This document shows, in pieces, positions 26,331 to 38,521 of a DNA stretch of 64,000 nt. The stretch lies in assembly GCA_964016885.1 (NCBI GenBank), contig OZ024743.1, forward strand, positions 10,168,001 through 10,232,000, written 5' to 3'. The notes under the pieces are model-generated. The model made no database searches and was not told the origin of the DNA. It worked only from the letters and a program-made list of their open reading frames with translations. Every line of letters starts with the position of its first letter. The first letter of the stretch is position 1. Both the position numbers and the translations under genes were made by a program. The DNA comes from Eledone cirrhosa (Eukaryota).

Positions 26331-26377
26331 TGCTGTCAATTGTTTCTTCCAGCGGGAAGTCTGGAATCATCAGAGCA
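26331..26377 (-). ncRNA. Hammerhead motif in the 3' terminal repeat of the PLE; U16.1 changed to A
   Basis: Minus: tgct-CTGATGA-ttccag-acttcccg-ctggaa-GAAAC-aatt-GAC-agca, then ataaa. Confidence 0.7.
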
Positions 26378-26744
26378 TAGGGAATGTTGAAACATGTTAC
26401 TAAAATCCTAGTCATTTAGAACATTTAGGGTACATAATTGTTGTTAGTGTCATGGGTAACATGTGGAGAGTCAGGAGTTAAAAAGATGTTCTGCTTGAGA
26501 GAACACGATTACAGGCAGCATTGGTTAGAAGTGAAAAAGGTATAAGTGAAAAGCGCAAGCAAAAAATATACAGGCAAAAAAGTTATAAGCAAGGAAAATT
26601 GGTGTACAATGCAGGAGTCAATACAGTCAATAAGGCATGTATGAGGAAAGAGTTATAATGCAGTTGAAATAAACATATTTTGTGTGGGGTGTTAAAGCAT
26701 GTTATAATTGTTATAAATGTTTAAGATTTTTATTATTATTATTA

Positions 26745-28886
26745 TTAGTTACTAGGTTTGAAGTAGTGGAACGAGAATCTATGGTAATGTGGACACGTGG
26801 AGAAGATCTTTGATTTTCTATTTAGCAGACTAAGATTAGAGTGAATGATATTTCTAGACTCGAGGATGCAAAGGTTACAAAATTTGTTAGGTGGTCTATA
26901 TGAAGGGGCCTTAGCTATCACTTCCTATTTTAAGCTGTATGGTATATTACTTGATTTTAAAGAGTGTATGTATGTGGATAGTGAGGTTACGTTGCTAAGT
27001 TTAGGGTTTCTGAATGAATGAAGGTGTGAATTACATCTGGACTTAAAGCTATTCGATGTTGAGCCTATATATACTTTTGAGATGTGATTAGCGGTTACAG
27101 TACCGGAGTAGATAATGTCTTTAATAAGGCAGTTCTTATTTAATGGGCATGTCTTGTTAGGTCTACAATTACAATTGCTTTGGTAACTAGTATACTGGTT
27201 ATGCATTTGAGTGGTTGTTTCTGTTTCTACTTCTAGTATTATGATTATGGTACGTATTATTATTATTGGTATTATTAGTGTGACTTGCTGTATGGTCATG
27301 TACTGTGTTATTGTTCAGGTTATTTCTATGCTGGACATTATTACTTTGGTGTAATTTGAAGTACTTTTTAATCTTTCTCTTGCTGGTGCTGGCTATATGG
27401 TCTGCTATGTTAGGTGTGGTGGAGTAGGAGATTTTAATTGTATTTTTGTTAAATAGGTTTTGGTATTTATGGTTAGTTGGGAAGTTTTTGTCTAGAGTAG
27501 AGAAGAAAGCTTTAGGTATGTTTGTTGATACATTTAAGTTGAACGGAGGATTAAAAAATGTGTTACTTCTTCTATTCTTTTTAAGGTTGTTATTCATACT
27601 ACTGTTTAGTGTGGAGTTAGGTCCCTTCTTATCTATATTTTTCTGTGGTCTTTCTTAGGATTATTGCTGTGGTGGAATTTAACTTTTTTTATGCCCTCTG
27701 TAAAGGAGTCGGGATTTTCAATACTATGATCATATTTAATTTTATTCATGGCCATGTTGTGTGAAATTATATTAGGTTGTCTACGGGTGGTTAACGATTT
27801 AGGTTTAAATTTAATTTTAGCTCTATGGCCGGAACGGGCTAAGGCTTCATTATACTATTGGGAGTTACGATTAAATATATTCTCGTTGTAAGAAAGACTA
27901 GAGATTCTATTAGATAACCCTTTAATGATTGAGGTCAATACAGATTTAGGGTGGTTAGAGTTGGTATTAACATAGAAAAGTTTTTCATTAGGTTTATGAT
28001 AAGGTGTATATTTTTTAGAGTCTAAGTAGAGAGTGACATCCAGGATGTTAACATTTTTGGTGTTTTTATCTAAAGTGATACCTAAGTTGTAGTTTTTAAA
28101 TATTTTATGTAATTGTTTTCTAGTTCTTTCTATATTGAATTTTTTAAAGTCTAAGAGGAAAAGTGTGTCATCGCGGTAGAGGCCACCGTTAAGGTAAGGT
28201 AGGTTCTCATGTATTTCGTTTAAGAGAAATAGACCAACTAAGTCGGTTACCTGTGTCGAGTCACTAGATCCCATGGTGATATCAAAGTTGTTGGATGTAT
28301 TCTTGCGGGTCCATAGTTGGTCTTCAAATTTAATTATTGTTTTCCTGGCCGCAAGGATTATATCTACCTGGGATCTAGTGAGTTCACTATTGTTCATGGC
28401 CATTATTAATGCTTTATTTAGGAGGATAGGTGAAATAGAGGTGTAGTAGGAGTTTATATCGAATTGGATGAATTTCTTATTATTATTTTCGTTAATACCA
28501 TTAAACCATTCGATTACTTCACTAGTGTTTCCCTAGAGGTTAAAATGAATTTTTTGTTTAATTTAGGGGATTACTTTATCTAAAAAATGTTTACTAATAA
28601 TACCAATATCGGATCTGGATGGGCAAATAAGTCTAATTGAGGGGTTAGTATTGAAGTCATCCTTATGGTCTTTCAGAGAGAATCGTGGGGGATTAGGGGT
28701 GTACGGTTGAGTATATCTCTCTAGTCCTAATTTACATATTAAACTACGGGCTTCAATATTTATGTCATCCAGGTTTTTATGAGATGTTTTTTTTGTAGTT
28801 CCTATGAAGTTCTTTATATATAAATTCTCTATATGTATCGGAATCTAGGCTATATATGTTTTTAGTTTTATCAGCTAGTACTAATA
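26745..28886 (-). pseudogene. PLE reverse transcriptase - GIY-YIG endonuclease, disrupted
   Basis: ADKTKNIY, LKDHK, RLICPSRSDIG, FDINSYYTSI, FDITMGS, GLYRDD, SNHP, FNPPF, CNCRPNKTCPLNKNCL, IIYS..VYIGST, FCNLCILE..LNRKS..STCPH; TAA/TAG stops and frameshifts. Confidence 0.9.
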
Positions 28887-29560
28887 TATATATATAACAG
28901 GTTTAATACATGGTGCATTAGAATGTTAATCAGATATAATTATGTGAAAGTAAAAAAGTATTGATTTCTAATTTAGGCACGAGTCCAGTAAATTTGAGAG
29001 AAGGTGATTAAATAAACATCAGTACTCATACTTTACTTTATTCTATTAGCCCCAGAATGATGAAATTCAAAGTTAACTATGGTGAGACTTGAAGGTAAAA
29101 TGTAAAGAGACAAAACAAATACTACAATGGTATTAATCCAAAGCTCTACCAATTCTGCCAATCCACCACTCTTATGCAGGTAAAATATTAATCAATGACT
29201 AATATTTATATATTTTCCACAAGTAGAGTACAATTTTTTTATTCAGTAAATAACTCCTCGTCTGTTACGATCAAGTTATGATACATCAGTGAAACATAGC
29301 CTTCACTTTATTTGTTGATGTAGTTTATGAGAGAATCACAGAGTACATGTCCAAGATTTTACTTTGGATACCATGGAAAATAGAATTGTTTAAAGAATAA
29401 ATAATTCAGACATCATTATTTTTAGTTAAGTTGTTATGGCTCCATATAGTAAATGTGGTAGCATGATCTCAAATATTATTTTTCAAGCAGATTGCATCTC
29501 TGAATTATTTATTCTCTCTGTCACTCTCAAATACTTATATGGGTGTGTGTGGAGGGAGAG

Positions 29561-29604
<44 letters not shown>

Positions 29605-30105
29605 AATAGAATGAAACGAAATTTCATTTCTCACTCTTAGTACGGCAGTTACTTAAATGTAAGTATGCATGTATGTATACGTACATACATATATGTATAC
29701 AGACGTACAGTAGTATGTATATATATACATGCATGCACACATATATATGCACGTATCGGTTTACCGAACATTTATTATAATGCTCGGTTTGTTTGTAAAC
29801 AATATATATATATATATAAATGTAGAAGAGATATTTAATATATTGGAAATCCAACAAATATAGATGTTTACAACTGATTCAAAGCACTCGACAGATTTCT
29901 GGAGTAAGTATTCAATTGATATTAAATTGATATTGTTCTTTTAGAAGATCTGACTAAAATATTCTACTACCCTCTCACATCTTATATGGAATTTAAAAAG
30001 CAGGAATATAGACTATTCATTATCTTGGAAAACGATTTTGATAGCACCTGCTTACAAAAACACGGCCTTATCAAGATTTTGTAAATTATCTATTGAAGAA
30101 ATTTT

Positions 30106-30989
30106 GGCACTACAACGCTATTAGCTGTCAGTCGAAAGCAGCCGATGAAAGCAAAACATCGTTTATTTCCGTATTACTACCACGCGTAAGTGGAATTTTT
30201 ATTTTATTTTTTATTAAAGCATATAGATGTAAGTGGAGTTACTTGAATGAAAATATCACGCGTTTTTTTTTTTATTAAAGCATATCGATGTAAGTGGAGT
30301 TACTTAAATGAAAATATAGGTGGCCCTTAAAAGGGCCAAATTAGAAAACAAATTTAAGTTAATTAGAAAACAAGTCATGGTTATCAAATAAATTGGATTT
30401 AATCATTTATATTTTCATAGTCATTATCAATGTAGAAAACAAGTCATTTTCACCAACAGTGGAGTTACTTCTGACAGCTAATACCATGAACTATATTTTC
30501 ATAGTCATGGTTATCAATGTAGAAAACAAGTCATTTTCACCAACAGTGGAGTTAACTTAAATGAAAATATAGGTGGCCCTTAAAAGGGCCAAATTAGAAA
30601 ACAAATTTATGGTTATCAAATTTTTTTCACCAACCCTTTATGAAGAAATGTTTAGAAAACAAATTTTTTTCACCAACCTTATTCAAAAGCATGGATACAG
30701 TCCACATAGAGACAAGAGACAGTCCCATGGAGATTGATGGTATCTGCTGTAGTAGCGGTAGCGATGGAAAGATCGCGATGGTTAATTCCATTAACAATTT
30801 GGCCCTTTTAAGGGCCACCTATATTTTCATTTAAGTAACTCCACTTACATCGATATGCTTTAATGAAAAAAATAAAAAACGCGTGAAAACTCCACTTACG
30901 CGTGGTGGTAGTAATACGGAAATAAACGATGACGAATGACGTCACCTTCGCCTGCTTTCACGACTGACAGCTAATAGCGTTGTATTGCC
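30106..30989. mobile_element. Non-autonomous DNA transposon (Merlin-like) with long TIRs and internal direct repeats
   Basis: GGCACTACAACGCTATTAGCTGTCAGTCG... vs ...CGACTGACAGCTAATAGCGTTGTATTGCC; arms ~190-235 bp; degenerate 8-bp TSD gaaatttt/gagattgt. Confidence 0.8.
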
Positions 30990-31254
30990 GAGATTGTTTA
31001 TATAATTAATTGTAAAAACTCTATTAATCTTAGAACAGAAATATTTAGTTGTTGCAAACATCGCCAACATTGTACATTCAGAAATATATGTAACTTATAA
31101 TATATTTATAATATTCCTATTAATCTCCAAAATGATCTTATCTGCTCTAACATTTTATATTTTTAATACTTTAATATATTAATATCTCTAAATCATAATA
31201 TCTTTAAAATTTCTTATAATATATATATATATGTGTGTATGTATAGATATTTAT

Positions 31255-31936
31255 GGCATACGTCAAGACGGGCGGTCAGAAAAGTGAAAGTAAATTTATT
31301 TTCATTTTCGAACATCGTGTTTACATTTTGTGTGTGTGTTTAGATCTAAATTAGTGTCGTTTTAACTGATTATATATATATGTATATGTGTGTGTGTGTG
31401 TAATTGACGGTTGAGAGAAGAGTACTCAATACCGAAGTAATCTTGTAATGAGGCTTGCAGAATGGTGAGTCCGCCATTCTAGACGCTGCTGCCTTGCAGA
31501 AGTCCCAAATCGAAGCTCTGACACTCTCGTCCCCATCATTCAGCAGGGATTTTGCCAGGCAGCCGCATCATCTCCGATGGTTGGGCTTCCTATTTGGAAA
31601 TTAAAGGTGGGATTTACGTTCATGATGTTGTGGTGCACGAACGGAACTTTGTAGATCCTGCGGACCTTGATGTACACACACAGCTCATAAAGAACACATG
31701 GAGCCGTGCAAAGAAGAAGCTTCGTCGCCAGCATGTGCAAGCCTCATTACAAGATTACTTCAGTATTGAGTACTCTTCTCTCAACCGTCAACTACACACA
31801 CACACACATATACATATATATATAATCAGTTAAAACGACACTAATTTAGATCTAAACACACAAAATGTAAACACGACGTTCGAAAATGAAAATAAATTTA
31901 CTTTCACTTTTCTGACCGCCCGTCTTGGCGTTTGCC
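31255..31936 (+). mobile_element. Merlin (IS1595/ISXO2-like) deletion derivative with ~200-bp TIRs and 9-bp TSD
   Basis: GGCA termini; arms 31255-31459 / 31736-31936; flanking duplication gatatttat; central transposase fragment. Confidence 0.92.
31502..31736 (+). pseudogene. Merlin DDE transposase fragment
   Basis: PNRSSDTLVPIIQQ, then after a frameshift LPGSRIISDGWASY..HDVVVHERNFVDP..VHTQLIKNTWSRAK. Confidence 0.88.
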
Positions 31937-32114
31937 GATATTTATATATATTTATGTACTTCTATATTATGTACTTCTATATAATTCTAATTTTAATTTA
32001 AATTCTGTTAATTCTTTTAAATTCTTTTTTCTTAATTTTTTTATTTTTCTAATGACACCCTCTAAAGCTTTATTTTTCTAATGACACCCTCTAAAGCTAA
32101 TTTTAAATGTAGAT

Positions 32115-32295
32115 TAATTGTTTCTACTTTAGGCACAAGGCCAGCATTACCCAGTGTATTACTGGTACTTTATTTTATCGACCCCCGTAAGGATGAAAGG
32201 CAAAGTCAACCTCGGCGGGATTTGAACTCAGATCGTAAAGGGACGTAACTTATACTGGAAAGCATGGCGTCCAACCCTCTACCGATACTGCCAAT
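32115..32295 (-). mobile_element. tRNA-SINE family A
   Basis: Near full copy; B-box-like gagttcaaatcc on the minus strand. Confidence 0.9.
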
Positions 32296-33107
32296 AACCA
32301 TTAGCTGTTTTTAGTAAAATACACCCTATTCAAGATGGTGTTTAAATTATTCATATTTCTTTAGAATAAATAATTAATCCCACACTAGCGATTAATTAAA
32401 AAAATTGGAGTTATCTTTCCTTCTTTCAATCATAAACACTTTTTATACATAACTCCGTTAATTTAACTTTATAAATTGTAATTACCTATTTATTTACATA
32501 AAATCAACATCCTAGTAACTTATATTAGGAACAAACACCTATTTATTTATAAATCAACATCCCTCGTAACTCATATTATAAACAAACTATCCTTTAAAAA
32601 AAAACACATATGCTATTATTAAAATACATATATAGATATTTATATATTATTACAATAAGATAAATAATTCTCCATATAAATATTGATAAATGTCTGAATA
32701 TATTTTCCATAAATTAACGTTCAAGTGGTCTTCCTTTTCCTTTTTAACAATTTTAGTTTGATAATTTATATATCTTCGTTAAATTAACAATATTCTGAAA
32801 ACATTCTCAATGTTGAAAACTTTTTGAATCCACAAATTATTCTAATCTCACAACTTGAAAATAAAATTTTCAACATCCTTCGTAACTCATATTTGTTTAT
32901 ATAAACAATCAATGCATATGCAACTTATTAATATATATAGAGATATTCTTCCCTTCACTTTCCAGGGATAACTTGAACCGTTAAGGTATATCATCCTTAG
33001 TCATGTCAAATATTTATAAAACATTTTGTATTTTATCTGATGATAGCGTACCAATTGGTATTATTTAATATCATTTCTATATATATATATATTTATTTAT
33101 TTATTTA

Positions 33108-33484
33108 TGGAGGCACATGGCTTAGTGGTTAGCAATCGAAAGGTTGTGAGTTCATTTCTCAGGCCGGGTGATGTGTTGTTTCCTTGAGAAAGACACTTTA
33201 TTTCACATTGCTCCAGTTTACTCAGCTGTAGAAATGAGATGATAGGGACCCCAGTCCCACCACTGCAAAGTGGTCGTGGAGTTGCCACGGCAAAAAAAAA
33301 AAGCACCCAGCCCACACTGTGAAGTGAACGTGTAGGCGCCACAGAAAAAAAAAGCACCCAGCACTCACTGTAAATGAGGTTGGTGTTAGGAATGGCATCC
33401 AGCTGTAGAAATCAAGCCAGAATCAGTTCCCGTCCCACCCTTACAAGCAAGGAAAAGCGGACGTTAAATGATGATGATGATGAT
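33108..33484 (+). mobile_element. tRNA/CORE-like SINE with RTE tail
   Basis: Same family as 9025-9417. Confidence 0.88.
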
Positions 33485-34129
33485 TTATATATAAAAACAA
33501 GATTAGAATTTCGTTTTTCACTCTAACATAGTGGATACGTAAATGCATTTGTGAGTTTTATATCGAATAATAAGAATATTCAATTCATTTGCAAGCAAAC
33601 AGCCTCATAATGGTATGATTTTTAGATGACCATTGCCATTCTTTTGTTCGAGTGGTGACAGAGAGAAAACACCAACAATATTGTTTTGGGGTTATTGCCC
33701 TTTGTCAAGTTTGTGTATCTCTCTTCTGTCACTCATGACAATATCTTGACAATATCTAGTAAATATATATTATTTTATGGCTGGCTGTGCCAAAAATTAA
33801 ATGCAAAATTAGAATTTCATTTTTCGTTCTAACTTAATGGATACGTAAATGCATTCATGAGTTTTATATCAAACAGCCTCATTATGCTATCTTTTTTAGA
33901 TGCCCTTCACCATCCTTTTGTTCTAGCAGTGACAACAACTGGCATGTGCATCTAGATATGCACATGCTTGTGTGCACACACAAACGTTTTGCTCTTAGTG
34001 AATATATGTCATGTCAACATTGTGTATGAGAGAGAGAAAGGGAGGATGGTATTAAAGCGAGAAGGAGAAGAGAAATTAAGTAAGACAGTAAGCTTCAGTT
34101 AAATAGGTTCTTTCCAGAACAGTCTCCCT

Positions 34130-34450
34130 CAACTTGTAGCATTCTCTCATCATCTTCTCTGTGAGCTTCAGGTTTGAAAATTAGCTTTAACCAAATTTGC
34201 CCAGATTTTCTCAATCTTCCACTACTGCAACTTTCTTCCATTGCCATTACCTGGCACACCTCATCCAGCATACCTCATCCATATGCTTCACATTTTTAAC
34301 CCAGTGCAGTTTTCTCTCTTGCATGCTACATTTGATTCCTCTTATACTGAATAATTCTTTTCCATTCCTCATTTCATCCACTTCGTTGTTCATGCGCATT
34401 AACATTGTACATCCAATGGAGCATGCTTCCTTTATTTCTCTCTAGCCTCT
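34130..34450 (-). mobile_element. Degenerate RTE 3' fragment
   Basis: catccaatggagcatgcttc and tgcagtttctctcttgca match RTE C-terminal motifs. Confidence 0.55.
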
Positions 34451-35899
34451 ACATTTACTGCCTATATACAACAGCTAAATCTCAGCATAGACATAGAGTC
34501 TAATATTTGAAAAATAACTTGTCAACCATAATTTATGCAGTAGCCAGATTTTATACTTTCCAATCATCTATTTTTATGATTGTTAAGTTAAATCATATTT
34601 AAAAGCTATGATGTTAAAGTAAATATATATTATATGCTCATTAATTGAAGAAGACCAATGGTGTAATAGATAAGTCTTAAACTAGAATTGAGCTTCATTA
34701 ATCAGCAGTATGGTTCAAAATCCTAAGTTTAGAGGCATGAGGCAAACATCTTTAGATAAATTCTTGAAATAAATATGTTTGTTTACTTAGTGAAAATTGA
34801 ATTTATGTTTAGTGTATAAAAGCATCATCTCAAAAATTAGAACGCAGATGTAAATACTACTCCTCATCTTCACACAGGGTGTACTGAGTGTAATTTATTA
34901 TGTAAAAAAGAGATAATGTCTGGCTACATGTTGCTTGTTAAAGGGAAGTGATGAACCCCGCAGTGGAAGAACAATTAATGTGTCATGGAAATAGGCCTTG
35001 AAGAGAATGGGTTGCTCTTGTCAGTATCATACCATTTTCTGCTTTGCACAATGTTTCTGTTTGTTTGTTTCCACTGAACAAATATTCTCTGTTACTGTCC
35101 TCTGCTAACTGTACCTTGGTTTCCCTCTTCCTCTCTCCAGAGAAATGTGGATTTCAAGGATATTTTTTTCCATTCTCTTTTTATCTCCTCTCATGATCAA
35201 AGTATTTCTAGCTTCTGTTTCTTTACATACTGTAATAATCAATCACTTGCAATGTTTAGCTCTTCCCACATATAATATGTGCATTGCTTCACTCAGAGAA
35301 CCCTCAAAATTATTCAGTTAGACATACATTCTTGAAAGCAATCATTTTTTCTTTATCTGATTTTTATAATACCCACATCTCACATGCTACTATTGGAAGG
35401 ATGTAGGCTCTAAGAACTCTTAGCTTTATTAGTCTTGCCCTTTCCATAACTTTTTCATGCTTCTCAAGGCTTTTAATCTAATAGCAAAGTGGCTGTTGAT
35501 TTTTTTTTATCGTTACCTCTCCTCTGGATTCTATCTCCAAGATGTGTAAAATGATCAATTTCTCCAACCACTTATTGTTATTCCTTCCATTTAAATACTA
35601 TTTCATATTTACCCCCAATAGTGTCAAATGAAAATAGTTTTACAATCTCAACATTAATTCTGGATTCTTGATGCAGGCTTTCTCAGTTGTTGAGATTAAT
35701 TGTTAACAATGATGATTGACATTTCAATTGATGATACTCTGCTTATTTCTCTTTCAAAGAAAATTATTAACTGTAGGACATTTTTTTTTGTGCATTTTCT
35801 GAAGAAATATATGTTATCTTACACTCCAATTTCAAATAATGACCATGTATTATCAAATGCCAAAGAATAAAGGCATCCATAATGTATATATCTTCATTT

Positions 35900-36140
35900 T
35901 CTTCTTCACACAATTATTCTTGAGAAGGTTGTGGGAGTCCCCAAACATTCCTTCCAGTGGGTCAGAACCAATCGTTTCCAACTGATCTGGCTGGATCCCC
36001 AAGCGTGACCAGACAAGCTCATGGATGTTATCCGACCTTCTTCCTCTGGGTCTCCTGTCAGTTGGTTTTGCCAGCAATTCTTTCCTGAGACATTCTAACC
36101 CAATGCCGATAGTATCGGAGCTGTGATATCTCAATTCAGA
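35900..36140 (-). mobile_element. Degenerate RTE-like 3' fragment, second family
   Basis: ORF 35853-36233 contains LLAKPTDRRPRGRRSDNIHELVWSRLGIQPDQL. Confidence 0.6.
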
Positions 36141-36705
36141 GATATATATAAATGAATGAAGAATAACCAGGATTAAAATTAAATCATTTAATTCATTGAT
36201 GAACATTTTGATTAGAATAACATGAATATTCATTCAGAATCTATTAAATGACATTAATATACATGCTCTGTGATATTGTAAAACTACTGTGATTGGAAAT
36301 TTAATGATTGGATTAAACTCTGAACTGTCTTTTAACTATCATCTTTTTATTTTTTGTAATGGTATAAGATGAAGATCATATTACATTTTAGCCAGAGTTG
36401 TATAAATAACATTACAAATTGTTCACAATTATTTCAGAATGAAAATATAAACACACATAACAAATACAATAAACTATTACTAGGAACCACACCAAAATAT
36501 ATGATCAGAGCGAGAGAAAGCAAAAAAAGAGAACCAAAAGTAAAAATGTACATCAATTCACCATCAAGTGCAGCAATCAACTACACATCACAAGGGTCAA
36601 TGGAAATCTTTTATCTTCTTGTGGACTATAAAATCACATTGAGCTTTGAAATGTTCTTTGTATTTATACGGTTCTATTATCAGCTCATCTAAATTCTTAT
36701 ATATA

Positions 36706-37310
36706 CTAGCAGAAAAACCACTCGGAGGGTGGTTTTCTGCTAACATGTGTAGTGTATATATTGATATTATATATTGATATTATAAGTATATATGCATGTA
36801 GATATGATACATCAAATAAAATCGTAATTGACAATATACACAGAAATTAAACGAAGATTGTGTTACACTGTCTTATGTAATCAGTAATGTAATCCATGAT
36901 ACATTAAAAAAAGATGATATTATATATAAACTGCATTAGGGGAACATTAGTGACAGAAATATATGAATGTTTATGTAAGCGATCACTAACCGGAAGTGTT
37001 GACATTTGAAAATGTTAAAGAAGTGAATCTTTAAATAAACAATAAAATATATTTAATCAACAACCACAAAATTTAGTAGATAAATTATATAATATTCATT
37101 CATTATCTGAGTTCAAATCCCGCCGAGGTTAACTTTGCCTTTCATCCTTCCGGGGTCGATAAAATAAAGTACCAGTAATGCACTGGGTAATTGCTGGCCT
37201 TGTGCCAAAAGTAGAAACAATTATTTATTCAAAGTAATCCAACTTATTATACTAATAGGATAAAAAATTGTAAACCGTACACAGTCCCACACTCCTTAGT
37301 TTATTATAGT
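36706..37310 (-). mobile_element. Putative non-autonomous Helitron with a nested SINE fragment (37105-37224)
   Basis: Minus-strand 3' end: hairpin agcagaaaaccac/gtggtttttctgct running into CTAG|T; minus-strand 5' end ctataataaa. Confidence 0.5.
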
Positions 37311-37331
37311 TTATATATATATATATATATA

Positions 37332-37778
37332 TCTTTGGCGCCACGCATTAATACAGAAGTCCCGCCTTGCCTATGTACAAAGCGAAACCTACTGTCAGTA
37401 GGCACCTCTTAACCAAATATACACCACATCCCAATACTCCTACTCCACCCTCCCACTCCCACCAACACCACCCTTTCTCTGTAAAAAAATTATGTTGGTA
37501 CTCAACATCCAGTCCAAAATAAAGTTTGTGTAGGTGTCACGACAAAAAAAATCACACAGTCCACGCTGTAATGTGGCCGTGTAGGTAACATGGTCAAAAC
37601 CTCCCAGTCCACACTGTAAATGTGGTTGGTGTTAGGAAGGGCATCCAGCCATAGAAAACCTGCCACACAGTCCGATACGAGTGAGACAGGGTCACCTGAC
37701 CAATCTTGCCTCAAGTGGGACAATTCCCGTCTAAACCCATGCTAGCGTGGAAGATAGACGTTAAACGATGATGATGAT
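37332..37778 (+). mobile_element. 5'-truncated RTE (end of ORF + 3' UTR)
   Basis: Homologous to 14760-14916 and 6305-6712. Confidence 0.8.
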
Positions 37779-37860
37779 AATATATATATACATATAAGAA
37801 AGAAAAATTTCGCTCTACATGGCTGAATACAATAAATGTAATCTAAGTTTTTCGAATGTT

Positions 37861-38050
37861 AATAATTGTTTCTACTTTTAGCACAAGACCAGCAATTACC
37901 CAGTACATTACTGGTACTTTTTTTTATCAACCCCGTAAAGATGAAAGGCAAAGTTAACCTCGGCGAGATTTGAACTCAGATCATAAAGGGACATAACTCT
38001 ATACTTCAAAGCATGGCGATTGACTCTCTACTGATACTGCCAATCCACCG
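37861..38050 (-). mobile_element. tRNA-SINE family A inserted in the left arm of the fold-back element
   Basis: Full family A sequence. Confidence 0.9.
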
Positions 38051-38125
38051 CAAACAAGCCTCAATTTTAAAGCCATGTCAGTAGAATGAACTCTTCATTC
38101 TTGATCTTGTGTGGGCATGTAAACA

Positions 38126-38175
38126 GAACTGCAGACACTAATGTTTCTGGGTATAACCCTTCATCAGTACAGCTC
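38126..38175 (-). ncRNA. Minimal type I hammerhead ribozyme, core boxes intact
   Basis: Minus: gagctgta-CTGATGA-aggg-ttata-ccca-GAAAC-attagt-GTC-tgcagttc; 8-bp helix I; ACAUUAGUGU is self-complementary with GU pairs. Confidence 0.8.
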
Positions 38176-38471
38176 ACTGTTCACCTGCCAGGTGTCGAAA
38201 AACTCAAATTACACTTATTGTATTCAGTCATGTAAAGCAACATTTTTCTTCTTCATTTGAATGTGGCTAAGCCGGCCATTTATCGCTTGTATACAGGAAA
38301 CTGACTGGCCAGTCTGCTGATATGCGAATCTGGCTGATCAGTGGATCTGCTAATATGCAGATCTGACTGATCAACCAGTCTGCTAATATGCTAATCAGGC
38401 CAATCAGTCACTGTGTATTTTAGAAAATAGCATATATTTTCACTAGCTCTGAGAGTTGGCAGGTGAACAGT

Positions 38472-38521
38472 GAGCTGTACTGATGAAGGGTGAAACCCAG
38501 AAACATTAGTGTCCGCAATTT
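38472..38521 (+). ncRNA. Second hammerhead copy with mismatched helix I
   Basis: gagctgta-CTGATGA-aggg-tgaaa-ccca-GAAAC-attagt-GTC-cgcaattt. Confidence 0.65.

Larger units (their letters stand above)
26285..28886 (-). mobile_element. 5'-truncated Penelope-like element (Naiad-like), flanked by (TA)n
   Basis: RT + GIY-YIG pseudogene followed by a ~450-bp 3' region with hammerhead; TA repeats on both sides. Confidence 0.9.
29960..33075 (+). mobile_element. Second Naiad-like PLE remnant (GIY-YIG C-terminus + 3' region + degenerate hammerhead), split by two Merlin elements and a SINE
   Basis: 29963-30105 STTLSHLIWNLKSRNIDYSLSWK..APAY..FCKLSIEE resumes at 30990 as EIVYII..INLRTEIFSCCKHR; gtattttat-CTGATGA-tagcgtacca at ~33028-33060 resembles 22201-22226. 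Confidence 0.7.

Noticed and set aside
26745-28886. Selenoprotein-coding Naiad element
   Set aside because: The in-frame stops I read are TAA/TAG (mutational, e.g. W to stop) and the linker cysteines are normal codons; no in-frame TGA seen in the parts translated
30322-30820. Histone gene
   Set aside because: Stem-loop only; no histone ORF on either strand
31502-31833. Bacterial IS1595 insertion or contamination
   Set aside because: Eukaryotic Merlin is the IS1595/IS1016 relative; the element is embedded in eukaryotic repeats and its TIRs contain microsatellites
33108-33170. tRNA genes at SINE heads
   Set aside because: A/B-box-like heads lack a full cloverleaf and continue into SINE bodies
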